From Planctomycetota bacterium (GTDB taxonomy: Bacteria; Planctomycetota; B15-G4; JAXMBY01): a DNA stretch of 64,000 bases. The stretch's first letter is position 1; each line of letters begins with the position of its first letter. Positions 48,126-58,115 of this stretch are shown here, piece after piece. The notes beneath the pieces were generated by a model, which was not told the origin of the DNA, ran no database searches, and worked only from the letters and a program-made list of their open reading frames with translations. The translations under genes were made by a program, and so were the position numbers. The stretch is from assembly GCA_046349655.1 (NCBI GenBank), contig JAXMBY010000012.1, positions 50,405 to 114,404 of the forward strand, read 5' to 3'.

Positions 48126-49084
48126 GTGACCCGCACCCGAGGGTCCACCGCCACGAGCAACAGATCCGCCACCGTGTTGCCGAGCAGCAGCATCAACGAT
48201 GCCATCACCACGCTGCCCTTCACCACGAACTCGTCCTGGCGCAGCAGCCCATCAACGGTCAGGCGCGCCATTCCCGGCCACGCGAACACGATCTCGACCA
48301 GGAAAGCTCCATTGAGCAGGGCACCGATCGAATAGCCGAGCAGCGTCACCATGGGATTCAGCGCATTGCGCAAGGCATGCTGCAAGATGACCACGCGCTC
48401 GGGCATTCCCTTCGCGCGCGCAGTGCGCAGGTAGTCCTGCTGCAGGATGTCGATCATGCTCGCCCGCATCTGCCGCATCAGCGTCGGCAACGCAAATGCG
48501 GCAACCGCGAACGCCGGCAGCGCGAGGTGGTGCAGGGAGTCGAGGCAGCGCGGCCAGAGCGGCAGCTGATCGTGGTCGAGCGATGCCGCAAGCCCGATCG
48601 GAAACCAGTGCGTGCGTGCGGCGAGATACTGCAGCAACAGGGCGAGGAACACGGTTGGCAAGGACAGGGCGCCATAGGCCACGAGCGCGCTCGCGCGGTC
48701 GAGCCAGGAACCGGGCCGGATCGCCGCCGCAACTCCCAGCGGTACCCCCACGCCCCAGGCCATCGCCAGGGCAACCAGCGACAGCGTCAGCGTGTTGACC
48801 ACGCGCTCCCCCATCAACCTGGCGACCGGCTGGCCGTTGGTGGCCAGGCCGAGATCCCCGCGCGCGGCCTGTCCGAGCCAGGCCATGTAGCGCTCGAGCG
48901 GACCCCGGTCGAGCAGGAACTTGCGACGCAGAGACGCGAGCGTCTCGCGCGATACTCCCGGATCGCTGCTCAGCTCCGACAGCACATCGCCGGGCGCCCA
49001 CTCGACCAGCAGGTGCGTCAAGAAGGTCACCGCCAGCAGCAGCACGACTGCAGCCACCAACCGCCGGAGCATGAATGCGAGCAT
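48122..49084 (-). CDS. OppB/DppB-type ABC permease
   Basis: From ATG 49084 (GGAAGAGAG upstream): MLAFMLRRLVAAVVLLLAVTFLTHLL...DYLRTARAKGMPERVVILQHALRNAL. The longer track ORF is an extension. Confidence 0.85.
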   Translation of the reverse strand: MLAFMLRRLVAAVVLLLAVTFLTHLLVEWAPGDVLSELSSDPGVSRETLASLRRKFLLDRGPLERYMAWLGQAARGDLGLATNGQPVARLMGERVVNTLTLSLVALAMAWGVGVPLGVAAAIRPGSWLDRASALVAYGALSLPTVFLALLLQYLAARTHWFPIGLAASLDHDQLPLWPRCLDSLHHLALPAFAVAAFALPTLMRQMRASMIDILQQDYLRTARAKGMPERVVILQHALRNALNPMVTLLGYSIGALLNGAFLVEIVFAWPGMARLTVDGLLRQDEFVVKGSVVMASLMLLLGNTVADLLLVAVDPRVRVT

Positions 49085-49104
49085 CGCGCCGACACTCTCT
49101 TCCG

Positions 49105-51039
49105 CTAGCGCTTCTCCCAGTACAGCTCTTCGAGGTTCCAGAAATTGCAGGGTCGCAAGATCTTCGGCCGGTAGTTGCCAATGCCGACCTTTGCCGCCAC
49201 CAGCTCGTGCGGCTTCACCAGCCAGATCATCGGTAGCTCTTCCGCCAGCAGCATCTGGATCTCGTCCCAGCTCGCCTTGCGCTCCTCGTACGTGATCTGG
49301 TGCGCGTTCTTGAGGCACAGCTCATCGAGCCGCTTCTCCCAAGGCGTGCAAGGTTGCGGCTGCTCCGCAGCGTCCCTCTGCGGGGCACGATTCCACAGGT
49401 GGCTCACGCCGTTGGAGAGATACACATTGTGCGAGAGGATCGGATCGTTCGGCACTCCCGACGACAGCCCGACCACGATCGCCTCCCACTCGAACGATTC
49501 CCTCAGCTTCTTGGTGAGCGCGCCGATGTCGACGGTCTGCGCCACGACCTTGATGCCAACGAGCTCGAGATCCTTCTGGATCATGCTCATCATCATCACC
49601 CGCGCCGGGTTGTCGGCGTTGGTGTTGAGCACGAACGACACCGGGTTGCCGCTCGCATCCTCGATCACGCCATCGCCGTTGCGGTCGCTGAAGCCGATCC
49701 CGAGCAAGATCTGCTTCGCCCTGTCGGGATTGTGGGGGTACCGCCGCACGGTGCTCGTGTTCCACAGTCGGCTCTCGCTGGTCTTGTCCGCAATCTGCGG
49801 AACGGCGAGCGACTGGAATGCGGTCTTGGCGATGGCGTCGCGATCGATCGCGTACGAGATCGCCTGCCGGAATGCCTTGGTCGTGAACCAGGCGAGCTTC
49901 ACCGGATCGACATAGGGTTTGCCACTGTCTGCCTTGCGCGGATTCTGGTTCAGAATCAGGAACTGCGAACCGATCGCGGGGCCGAGGTTCACTACTTCGA
50001 CGTCGTGCTTGCTTTCCTCCCGCGCCTTGGTGGCGGGATAGTTGGTGGCTTGCAATGGGTACAGCATGTCGAGATCGTTCGCCATGAAGCTCAGGAACTG
50101 CGCGTCCATGGTGGGCAGGATGAGGAACACGAACTCGTCGAGGTAGGGCAGGCGCACCGGCCGGCCATCGAGATCGTGACCCATGCGCCCGAAGTGCGGA
50201 TTGCGCTCCAGCACCACCCTCTGGTCAGGCACGTATTGCTTGAGGCGGAACGGTCCATTGCTCACCAGCTGCTTGGGATCCGATGCCACGCCGTACGCGC
50301 TCTCGAATTCGCCCCTCGCATAGGCCGCTCCGAGGATGTGCTTGGGCACCACGCGCATGGCCCCGAGGCTGAGCGTGATCTGCGCCGACGGCTCCTTCAG
50401 GCGCAGCCGAAACGCCTCGTCCCGGACACGCTCGAACTGTGCCAGCGAGCCGTCGGACTGCAGGAAGAACTCGCCGTAGGCATTGGTGACCTTGGGATCG
50501 AAGATCACCTTGAACGTGAACTCGACGTCGTCCAGCGTCAGCGGCTGGCCATCCGACCAGAGTGCGCCGCGCCGCATGTAGAACGTGTACACCTTGCCGT
50601 CCGGCGTGTGCTCCCACCCGCGGATGGTGCCGGACGGATAGTAGCAATCGTCGTCGTAGTTGTAGTCGATCAGACCCTGGAACAGGGCTTGATTGGTGAT
50701 GTCGCCCGAGGCCGTCGTGCCCTGCGTGATCGGATTGAACTCGCGTGGCGCCTGCGCCTGTCCGGTGACCATGCGACCGCCCAGGCGACCACGGCCGTCG
50801 AACCACCACTCGTCGCTCGCCTCCTTGCCGCCGAACCAGGTCACGACCTCGGTCTTCAGCTCCTCGTCGAAGCGCTTTCCCATGAAGCGCGCCTGCGGGT
50901 TGTCGTCGGCGTGCGCGCGCCGGCCGGCGCCCGCGGCGGGCGCCGGCCCGGAAACGAAACCAGATCCCTGCGCGCAACGAGGCAACAGCAAAGCCCCGAC
51001 GATCCACGGCGCCAGGGCAACGAGACAGCGTCGTTTCAT
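49105..51039 (-). CDS. ABC transporter substrate-binding protein, family 5 (peptide/nickel type)
   Basis: From ATG 51039: MKRRCLVALAPWIVGALLLPRC (signal/lipobox-like). It is 644 aa with a family-5 pattern throughout, e.g. NPHFGRMGHD...LILNQNPRK...FRQAISYAIDRD. Confidence 0.85.
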   Translation of the reverse strand: MKRRCLVALAPWIVGALLLPRCAQGSGFVSGPAPAAGAGRRAHADDNPQARFMGKRFDEELKTEVVTWFGGKEASDEWWFDGRGRLGGRMVTGQAQAPREFNPITQGTTASGDITNQALFQGLIDYNYDDDCYYPSGTIRGWEHTPDGKVYTFYMRRGALWSDGQPLTLDDVEFTFKVIFDPKVTNAYGEFFLQSDGSLAQFERVRDEAFRLRLKEPSAQITLSLGAMRVVPKHILGAAYARGEFESAYGVASDPKQLVSNGPFRLKQYVPDQRVVLERNPHFGRMGHDLDGRPVRLPYLDEFVFLILPTMDAQFLSFMANDLDMLYPLQATNYPATKAREESKHDVEVVNLGPAIGSQFLILNQNPRKADSGKPYVDPVKLAWFTTKAFRQAISYAIDRDAIAKTAFQSLAVPQIADKTSESRLWNTSTVRRYPHNPDRAKQILLGIGFSDRNGDGVIEDASGNPVSFVLNTNADNPARVMMMSMIQKDLELVGIKVVAQTVDIGALTKKLRESFEWEAIVVGLSSGVPNDPILSHNVYLSNGVSHLWNRAPQRDAAEQPQPCTPWEKRLDELCLKNAHQITYEERKASWDEIQMLLAEELPMIWLVKPHELVAAKVGIGNYRPKILRPCNFWNLEELYWEKR

Positions 51040-51114
51040 GATCCCACCACCTGATCTCGCACCGAGCAGCTCCACGGCCCAATGCCCTCGAATTCGTTAG
51101 CTATCTCATCCGCG

Positions 51115-52107
51115 CTAGTGACCACCCGCCGCCGGGACCAGATCGTCGGGAATCGCAAGGTCCTTCGGCCACAGCACCAGCGTGGCGGCCAGTTCGAGTC
51201 GTGCCGCAGCCTCCTTCAGCGCGCCCGCTTCCCGCCAGTCGAAATCGTGGTCCTCGCTCGCGGCACGCCGGGCGAGCGAGCGAGCATGGCGAGCGAGGTC
51301 CTGGGCGGCCGCGAGCTGCGCGACCGCGGCGCGTTCGCTGGCTGCACGCACCACCGCGGCATCCAGCTTGCCCTCGCGCAAGACACCCCAACGCGCGCGC
51401 AACGCGTCCAGATCCGCTTTCGCCTTCTCGCCCGTGGTCTCGATCTCGACCAGCACGCCGACGCGCGCGCCCGCCGCCACGACTCGCGCGACGCCGGCGT
51501 CGCCAGGCCCGACCAGCTGCTCGGCAACGGCGGCGACCAGCGGCGGCGGCGGCGCACGTCCGGGCGAACAGGAACAGCGCGCCGACCTTCGGCGGGCCAA
51601 GGTCGCTCGGCACCACCACGGTCGTGGGGATGGCCGATTCGGCAGCGGCCCGCTGCTGGCGAGGTCTACGCCCGAGGGCGGCTGCCACCATCTCCTGCAC
51701 CGGCGCCGGCGTGAGTGCTCCAGCAACCCCCACACCGAGCAGCTCCCCTGGCAGATGGCGCTCTGTCTCGGCCATCCAGCGCAGCGCCGCCCAGCAGCAC
51801 CGAGGCTGGCAGCTCACCCGGCACGAAGGCGCCGAGCGACGGCTCCTTGCCAGCATCGGCCGGATCCTCGACGAACGCACGCGCAGCCTGCACGAGCAAG
51901 ACCAGGTCGGCATCGGCGGCGGTCATGGACAGCAGCAACCCGCCGTCGCTCGGCTCCGCCACGACTGGTGGCAACGCGCTGCGCGCCAGCACCAGGCTTC
52001 GCATCGCATCGCTCGAGCATCTGACCCGCCCTCGCACGCGTGACGTCGGCGAGATACAGCGCCAGCGCCACGCCGTGGTCGGAGCGCGCGGCTACCCCCA
52101 CGCCCAT
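51115..52107 (-). pseudogene. M16 (pitrilysin)-like protein B, no HxxEH motif seen, several frame breaks; 5' boundary uncertain
   Basis: Fragments lie in three frames: FAHAPNGMGVGVAARSDHGVALALYLADV / AMRSLVLARSALPPVVAEPSDGGLLLSMTAADADLVLLVQAARAFVEDP / HLPGELLGVGVAGALTPAPVQEMVAAAL...TTVVVPSDLGPPKVGALFLF / PLVAAVAEQLVGPGDAGVARVVAAGARVGVLVEIETTGEK...LVLWPKD. The stop is at 51115. Confidence 0.5.
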
Positions 52108-53375
52108 GCCGTTGGGCGCGTGCGCGAATGCTTCGCTCGGTGCGCTGGCGAGGTCGCCCGGTGCGCCGACCCTGCGGCCGGCGCGACATGCACCGTGATC
52201 AACTGATCGGGCGCAAGGTAACGGCCCGCCACGGCGAGAACCTCGTCCGGGCTCGCCAGCTGGCGCAGCTGCCAGCGCTTCCAGCGCACCTGCGGGTCAC
52301 CGCCGCGCAGCAGCGCGAGCGCGAGCGCCATGCTCCGTACCTGCCCGTCCGTGCTGTTCTCGCCACACTCCCGGGTCAGGCGATCGAGTGCCGCATCGAT
52401 CTCGTCCCGGCTCAATCGCTCGGCGCGCACACGATCGATCTCGCCGAGCAGGAAGCTCGCTGGCTGCGGCGACAGGAACGTCGCATAGCCATCGCTGGTC
52501 GCGAGCGCTATCGACTCGTGGCGGGCGAACATGCCGAGACGCGCGCGCAGCACTTCCTCGATCACGTCCAGGGCAAGGCGATCGGGATGCAGCACGGCGA
52601 CGGTCTTGAAGCCGACCAGCGTCGCGGTCTGATCCGGGACCGAGACCGTGGCCTCGCGCGCCGAAACCTGAGCCGTTTCCAGCGACGAGGCGCACCGGCA
52701 ACGGATCGCCGCGCTCCCAGGGCTCGAACGCGGCGCGCAAGGCGTGGAACGCCGCCGCGATCGTCACATCGCCAACCACTGCCAGCACGGTTCGCTCGGG
52801 CTGGAAACGCGACTTGTGGTGCTCTCGCGCGCGCGCCAGCGTCACGGCACCGAGCTGTTCGACGGTCGGGCGGTAATCATCGCGCAACGGCCGGGAGAGA
52901 AAAGCGGTCGCCAGGAACGCGCGCCGGCTCACGCTCACCACGTCGTCGCGCGCGGCGTCGGCGGCTCGGATCATCTGCTCGCGCGCGTGGTCCAGGTCGC
53001 TCTGCGTGAAGTCCGGCTCGCTCAGGCACGCGGCGAGGTATCTGGTCGTCGCCTCGAGCGCGGCAGGCGCGATGCAGACCGCGACGCCCACATGGTCGGG
53101 CCCGACCACGACGTCGCACGGTCCGGCCACGCGCCGCTGGCCTCGCGCAGCGCGGCGCTCGCGATCAGCAAGCCGAGGCCGGGAGGGTCCTCGCTCGCAA
53201 GACCGGGCCCGGTGCCGACGAGCAGGCGCAAGTGAACCAGCGGCGCTGCATGGTCCTCCGCAAGCACCAGCCGCAAGCCGTTGCGAAGCGTATCCTGGTA
53301 GAGGTGGTCGTGACCCGGAGCGGGCGGCGCCTGCGCAGCGAGGAGCAGCACGCAGATCGCGGTCCCGCACATCAT
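52092..53375 (-). pseudogene. M16 (pitrilysin)-like protein A, no HxxEH motif seen, at least two frame breaks
   Basis: ATG 53375 overlaps the ridA stop. MMCGTAICVLLLAAQA (signal) ...TLRNGLRLVLAEDHAAPLVHLRLLVGTGPGLASEDPPGLGLLIASAAL. It continues in the frame of ORF 52297..53370 (VVVGPDHVGVAVCIAPAALEATTRYLAACLSEPDF...TVLAVVGDV), then in the frame of ORF 52092..52595 (LHPDRLALDVIEEVL...VAGRYLAPDQLITVHV). Confidence 0.55.
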
Positions 53376-53755
53376 CCCACGACCTCCGCGATCACGTCGA
53401 TCTCGACGCGCGCGCCGCGTGGCAACGCTGCCGCCTGGATCGTGGAGCGCGCGGGCCGGTGATCGCCGAACATGCGTCCGTAGATCTCGTTCATCGCCTC
53501 GAACTCACGCATGTCGGCGAGGAATACCGTGGTCTTCACCACGCCCTGCAGGCCGGTGCCGGCCGCGGTCAGCACCGCATCCAGGTTGCGGATCACTCGC
53601 TCGGTCTCGGCCGCGATCCCACCGTCGGTGAGCTTGCCGGTCTCCGGCACCAGGCCGATCTGCCCGGAGCAGAACACCAGCTGGCCGATCTTGATTGCCT
53701 GTGAATACGGCCCGATGGCGCGCGGCGCGCCGCCAGTCTGAACGATCTGTGTCAT
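53372..53755 (-). CDS. ridA: RidA/YjgF-family reactive-intermediate deaminase
   Basis: MTQIVQTGGAPRAIGPYSQAIKIGQLVFCSGQIGL...TTVFLADMREFEAMNEIY...PARSTIQAAALPRGARVEID is a full-length family match. Confidence 0.9.
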   Translation of the reverse strand: MTQIVQTGGAPRAIGPYSQAIKIGQLVFCSGQIGLVPETGKLTDGGIAAETERVIRNLDAVLTAAGTGLQGVVKTTVFLADMREFEAMNEIYGRMFGDHRPARSTIQAAALPRGARVEIDVIAEVVG

Positions 53756-53792
53756 CGTGCGGCTCTCTCTGCAAGACAGGACTTGAAGCAGG

Positions 53793-54287
53793 TCAGGTAG
53801 GAATGCGGGGCGCGAGCCCGAGCCGATCGCGCAGCTTGCGCTCGACCAGGTCCGGCAGGTGCGAGCCCACGTCCGCGCCCATGGTGATCGACTCCTTGAT
53901 CAGGCGCGAGGACACGTACGAGTACTGCAGGCTGGGCATCACGAATGCGGTCTCCACGTCCGGTGCGAACGCCCGGTTCATGAGCGCCATCTGAAACTCG
54001 TACTCGAAGTCCGAGAACGTTCGGAGCCCGCGCAGGATCGTGCCGATGCGGCGCCGACGCGCGTAATCCACGACCAGGCCATGGAACGAGTCCACCGTGA
54101 CGTTGGGGATGTCGCGGGTCAGGCCGCGGATCATCTCCACACGCTCTTCCACCGTGAACACCGGCGCCTTGGCTGGATTCACCGCGATCGCGACGACCAG
54201 GCTCTCGAACAGCCGGCTGCCGCGCTGCACCAGGTCGAGGTGCCCGTTGGTGAACGGATCGAACGTGCCGGGGTAGACGGCGTTCAT
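53793..54287 (-). CDS. coaD: Phosphopantetheine adenylyltransferase
   Basis: From ATG 54287 within track ORF 53793..55049: MNAVYPGTFDPFTNGHLDLV...ILRGLRTFSDFEYEFQMALMNR...SSRLIKE. Confidence 0.9.
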   Translation of the reverse strand: MNAVYPGTFDPFTNGHLDLVQRGSRLFESLVVAIAVNPAKAPVFTVEERVEMIRGLTRDIPNVTVDSFHGLVVDYARRRRIGTILRGLRTFSDFEYEFQMALMNRAFAPDVETAFVMPSLQYSYVSSRLIKESITMGADVGSHLPDLVERKLRDRLGLAPRIPT

Positions 54288-54423
54288 CACGCGCTCCTTT
54301 GCCAGCCCGAGTCGCGGCATTGTAGGCATCTTCGCTGTCACCTGCCACGAAAAGCCTCGTCTTGGCAGAAGGAGCATCGCGTGATCGGCGCGCGGTGCCC
54401 GCGGTCGCAGCGCGGCATTCGAG

Positions 54424-56785
54424 ATGACCATCGTGGCAGTCAGGCAGATCGCATCGACGTCGGCACTCGCCGCAGGGCGTGGCCCTGCCCCCTCGCGCTC
54501 GCTGCAGCTCGCCCTCGCCGGTCTCACCACCGGCATCGCGCTCGGTCCGGCGCCCTGGCTTGCGGCGTTGCTGATTGGAATCGCCGCGCTCTTGAGCGCC
54601 GCGCGCCGCGCATGGTCGTCTGCGCTTGCCGTGCTCGCCGGTTTCCTCGCGGCCGGGCTCGCGCTGGCTCCAGGTGCGCTACCACCCGCGACCACCGGCG
54701 AGCAGGTCGTGCAGCTCGTGGGCACGATCCGCCAGGTCGCCGATCGCCCGCACCCGGAGAGCAGCGAGCGTGCGACTGGCTTCCTCGACCTGGTCACGGC
54801 GAGCGATCGCGTGCGCGTTCGGTTCGCCGGCAATGCACCGGACGTGTGGCCGGGCGATCGCGTCCGCGTCGTCGGCACACTCGAGCCGCGGCCGGCAGTC
54901 GACAATCCGGGCATGACCGATCCTGCCTGGCGCTTGCGCGTCGAGGGCATCGACGAGGTGGTGGTCGCCGGCTCGGCAGCCAACATCGAGCTCATCGCGC
55001 CGGGCGCGGCGAGCCTGCGTCGCGTGACCGCGCAGCTGCGCGCGGCCACGCTGCGCGTGCTGCAATCCGCACTGCCGCCCGAGGAATCGGCGCTGGCGTG
55101 TGCGTTGCTCGTCGGTCAGACGCGAGGCATGAGCCAGGGGACCATCGTTGCGTACCGGCACACCGGCACGCTGCACTTCCTCGCCGTCAGCGGCATGCAC
55201 CTCACCCTGCTGCTCATGTTCCTCCGCTGCACGCTGCTGGACCGGCAGGGCCGGCGCGGCTGGGTGCGACTGGCACAGATCGCGTTCGTCGTATTCTACA
55301 TGGGGATGACCGACTTCACCCCGTCGGTGGTGCGCGCCGGCGCCCTCGCGCTGACCGTGCTGGCCGCCGATCTTGGCAAGCGGCGGGTGTCGATGGAGAA
55401 CTGCCTGCTGGGCTCCGCACTGGCGCTGCTCTTGCTCGATCCGGGCGAGCTGTTCGTGGTTGGTTTCCAGCTCTCGCTCGCGGCCACCGCGGCCATCGTG
55501 CTGCTGACGCGGCCGATCGAACGGCTGCTGCATCGGCCCGCGGATTTGCCGCGCAAGGACAGGGTCGGCCTGTCGGTCACCCAGTCGCTCCTGCTGCGCA
55601 CCCGCCGCACCATCGCCGTCTCGCTGGCCGCATCGCTCGGCACCTGGCCGCTCTCGGCGCACCACTTCGGCGCCATCGTGCCGCTCGCACCGCTGCTCTC
55701 GGTGCTGGTGGTGCCGCTCATCACCATCTTGATGGCGCTGTTCCTGCTGCTGGTCCCGTGGGCGGCGCTCGCCGCTCCCGGACTCGCCGCACTGGTCGCG
55801 GCGGTGCGCGTGATCGTGCGGGCGCTTCGCATCTGGCTGTCGTGGCTGGATGCGCTGCCCGGCACGCCGCTGACGCAAGGAACCGGTCGTGCCGATCGCG
55901 CTTGCCCTCGCCATGGCCGCGGCGCTGTGCATCGCCAGGCATCGCGCGCGCACAGCGCTCGCCTGCGCCGTCGCCGCCGCGGCAACCCAGCTCGCGTGCG
56001 CGCCCCGCGCACCGCCCGCACCACGCATGGTTGCGCTCGCCGTGGGCCATGGCCTGGCAGTGCTGTTCCAGTCGCAACACGGCAACCTGCTCTACGATGC
56101 CGGGTCACGCTCGCGGCTGGACGTTGGGCGGCGCGTGATCGTGCCGGCGCTGCGCGCGCTCGGCGTGCACCAGCTGGACGTCCTCGTGATCTCGCACTTC
56201 GATGCGGATCACGTGAACGGCATCCCAGGACTGATCGAGGCGTTCCCCCCCGGCATCTGCCTGGTTCCGGCGCGGGTCGATGATCGCGCATTCGTGCGCG
56301 AGCTGATCGCCGGGCTCGAGCAGGCTGGGACCAGCGTGCGGGCTCCGGGCGACGCGCCGTGGCCCGATCATCTCGGCCCGTTCCGATTGCGCTTCTCGGT
56401 GGCCGATGGCGTCCGACCGCGGTCGAGCAACGAGGAATCGGTGCTGCTCAACATCGCCTTCTCGGGGAGGTCCGCGCTGCTCACGGGCGACATCGAGGCA
56501 GAGGGTGTGGAGCGCGCCATCCGCGAGCGGCTCACGGAGCCGACCGACGTGCTGTTCATCCCGCATCATGGCATGCGCTGCGATGGCCTGCCGCGCCTGC
56601 TGCAGGCAGCCACGCCCAGGCTCGCGCTGATCTCCGGCGACCCGCCCCGCACGATCGTCTCGCGCACCGGACCGCCGCCCACGCTCGCCACCTATCAATA
56701 TGGTGCGCTGTTCGTCGCTGCCGGCAGGCACGGGCTCACCGTCAGCTCGTTCGTCGAACAGCGCGAAGTGCTCACCATCCCATGA
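54424..56785 (+). CDS. comEC: ComEC/Rec2 DNA-internalisation channel with C-terminal metallo-beta-lactamase domain; one frame break
   Basis: The competence domain is in ORF 54424..56283 (YRHTGTLHFLAVSGMHLTLL). After ...WLDALPGTPLT the protein continues in ORF 55889..56785 (PIALALAMAAAL...VLVISHFDADHVNGI...LTGDIE...FIPHHG). The break is near 55885. Confidence 0.8.
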
Positions 56786-56854
56786 AGGGGGTTGCCGCCC
56801 GCGGCACGCCGGGTACATTGCCACGGACATGATCGTGGCCCCCGGGAGTCCCCC

Positions 56855-58052
56855 ATGACGGCGAACCGCATTCTGTGCCACCGTGTACTGCGTGGCGTTG
56901 TCGGTTGCTCGGTCGCGCTCATCACCTGCTCGCCCGCGGGCCGTGCCGATCACTTCCTGCTGCGCGACGGACGGACCGTTGCCGGCGCCGTGCGATCCGA
57001 GCAAGACGCCATCGCCGTGCAGACCCTCGACGGCATGGTGACGTTCGCCCGCGGCGACGTGCTGGTACGCGACACCGAAGCGGAGCTGCGAGCTGTGTTG
57101 CGCACCATGCTCGTGCCCGCGCGCGAGCATGGCGCGATCGCGCTCGTGCCGTTGATGCACTGGTGCGAACAGCGCGGGCTGCTGGTGGAATGGCTGGCAC
57201 TCGGGGATGAGGTGCTGGCGCGCGCGCCAGGACAACCGCTGGTGGTGCAGATGGTGAGCGATCTGGCACGCCGCGACGTCGTCGCCCTGCTCGCACCGGC
57301 CGGCTCTGCCACCGACCCGAAGGACTGCTCGAGCCTCGCTCTCGAGGGCGGCGCCGCACGCCAGCAGCTCGCGCGCGAGCTGCTGCGGGCGTTGCCGGAC
57401 GATGCGAAGAGCGCCTACCTGGTCAAGCTCCTCAGGGACCGGCGCGCTGCCGCGCGCGCTCGCGGCGGTGGCGCTCGGCGACTTCCACCCGCAGGCCGCG
57501 CTCGAGCCGCTGATCGCCTGCGCGCTGTTCGACCGTGACCTGGCGGCGCGTCATGCGGCGGTTGCCTCGGTGATGACATTCCACCACCCCGGTGTGGTCT
57601 ACCCGTTCGTGCGCGGTCTGAGCCACGCCCAGGAGGCGGTGCGGATGGCATCGCTCGAGGCCATCGAGGCGTTGCGCGACCCGCGCGCCGCGGGCCCCTT
57701 GATCGCCAACCTGGTCGCGCCGAGCTCGGGCGCGGGATCCTCCCGCGGCTACGTCTCGTTCGGCACGCAGACGCCGTACGTGAGCGACTACGACGTGGAG
57801 ATCGCGCAGGGTGCGGCGATCGCCAAGCCGGTGATCGGCGTCCTGCAGCATGGCTCGGTGCTGGACGTCAAGGTCATTGGCTCGTTCGCATCGCGCTCGT
57901 TGACCGAGCAAGAGGCCACGCGCCGCGCCCTGGTGGCCGTCACCGGCAAGGACTACGGGCTCGACCGGGCGGCGTGGCGGGCGTGGTGGCATGAGAACCG
58001 CGATCGCTACGTCACCCGCACCGATGCGCCGGGCACGGCGAATTCGCGCTGA
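56855..58052 (+). CDS. Secreted HEAT-repeat protein carrying a secretin-like segment; one frame break
   Basis: ATG 56855, signal VVGCSVALITCSPAG. ORF 56792..57538 reads to ...DDAKSAYLVKLL. The protein then continues in ORF 57402..58052 (GALPRALAAVALGDFHPQAALEPLIACALFDRDLAARHAAV...AVRMASLEAIEALRDPRAAGPLI, HEAT/PBS-lyase-like). The segment YVSDYDVEIAQGAAIAKPVIGVLQHGSVLDV follows. The C-terminus is TGKDYGLDRAAWRAWW. The break is near 57440. Confidence 0.65.
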
Positions 58053-58115
58053 TTTCGTGTAACCTGGCGGGTGCCATGCGTCCATGCAAGCAGGATGCTG
58101 ACGTGGACGGTGGAC

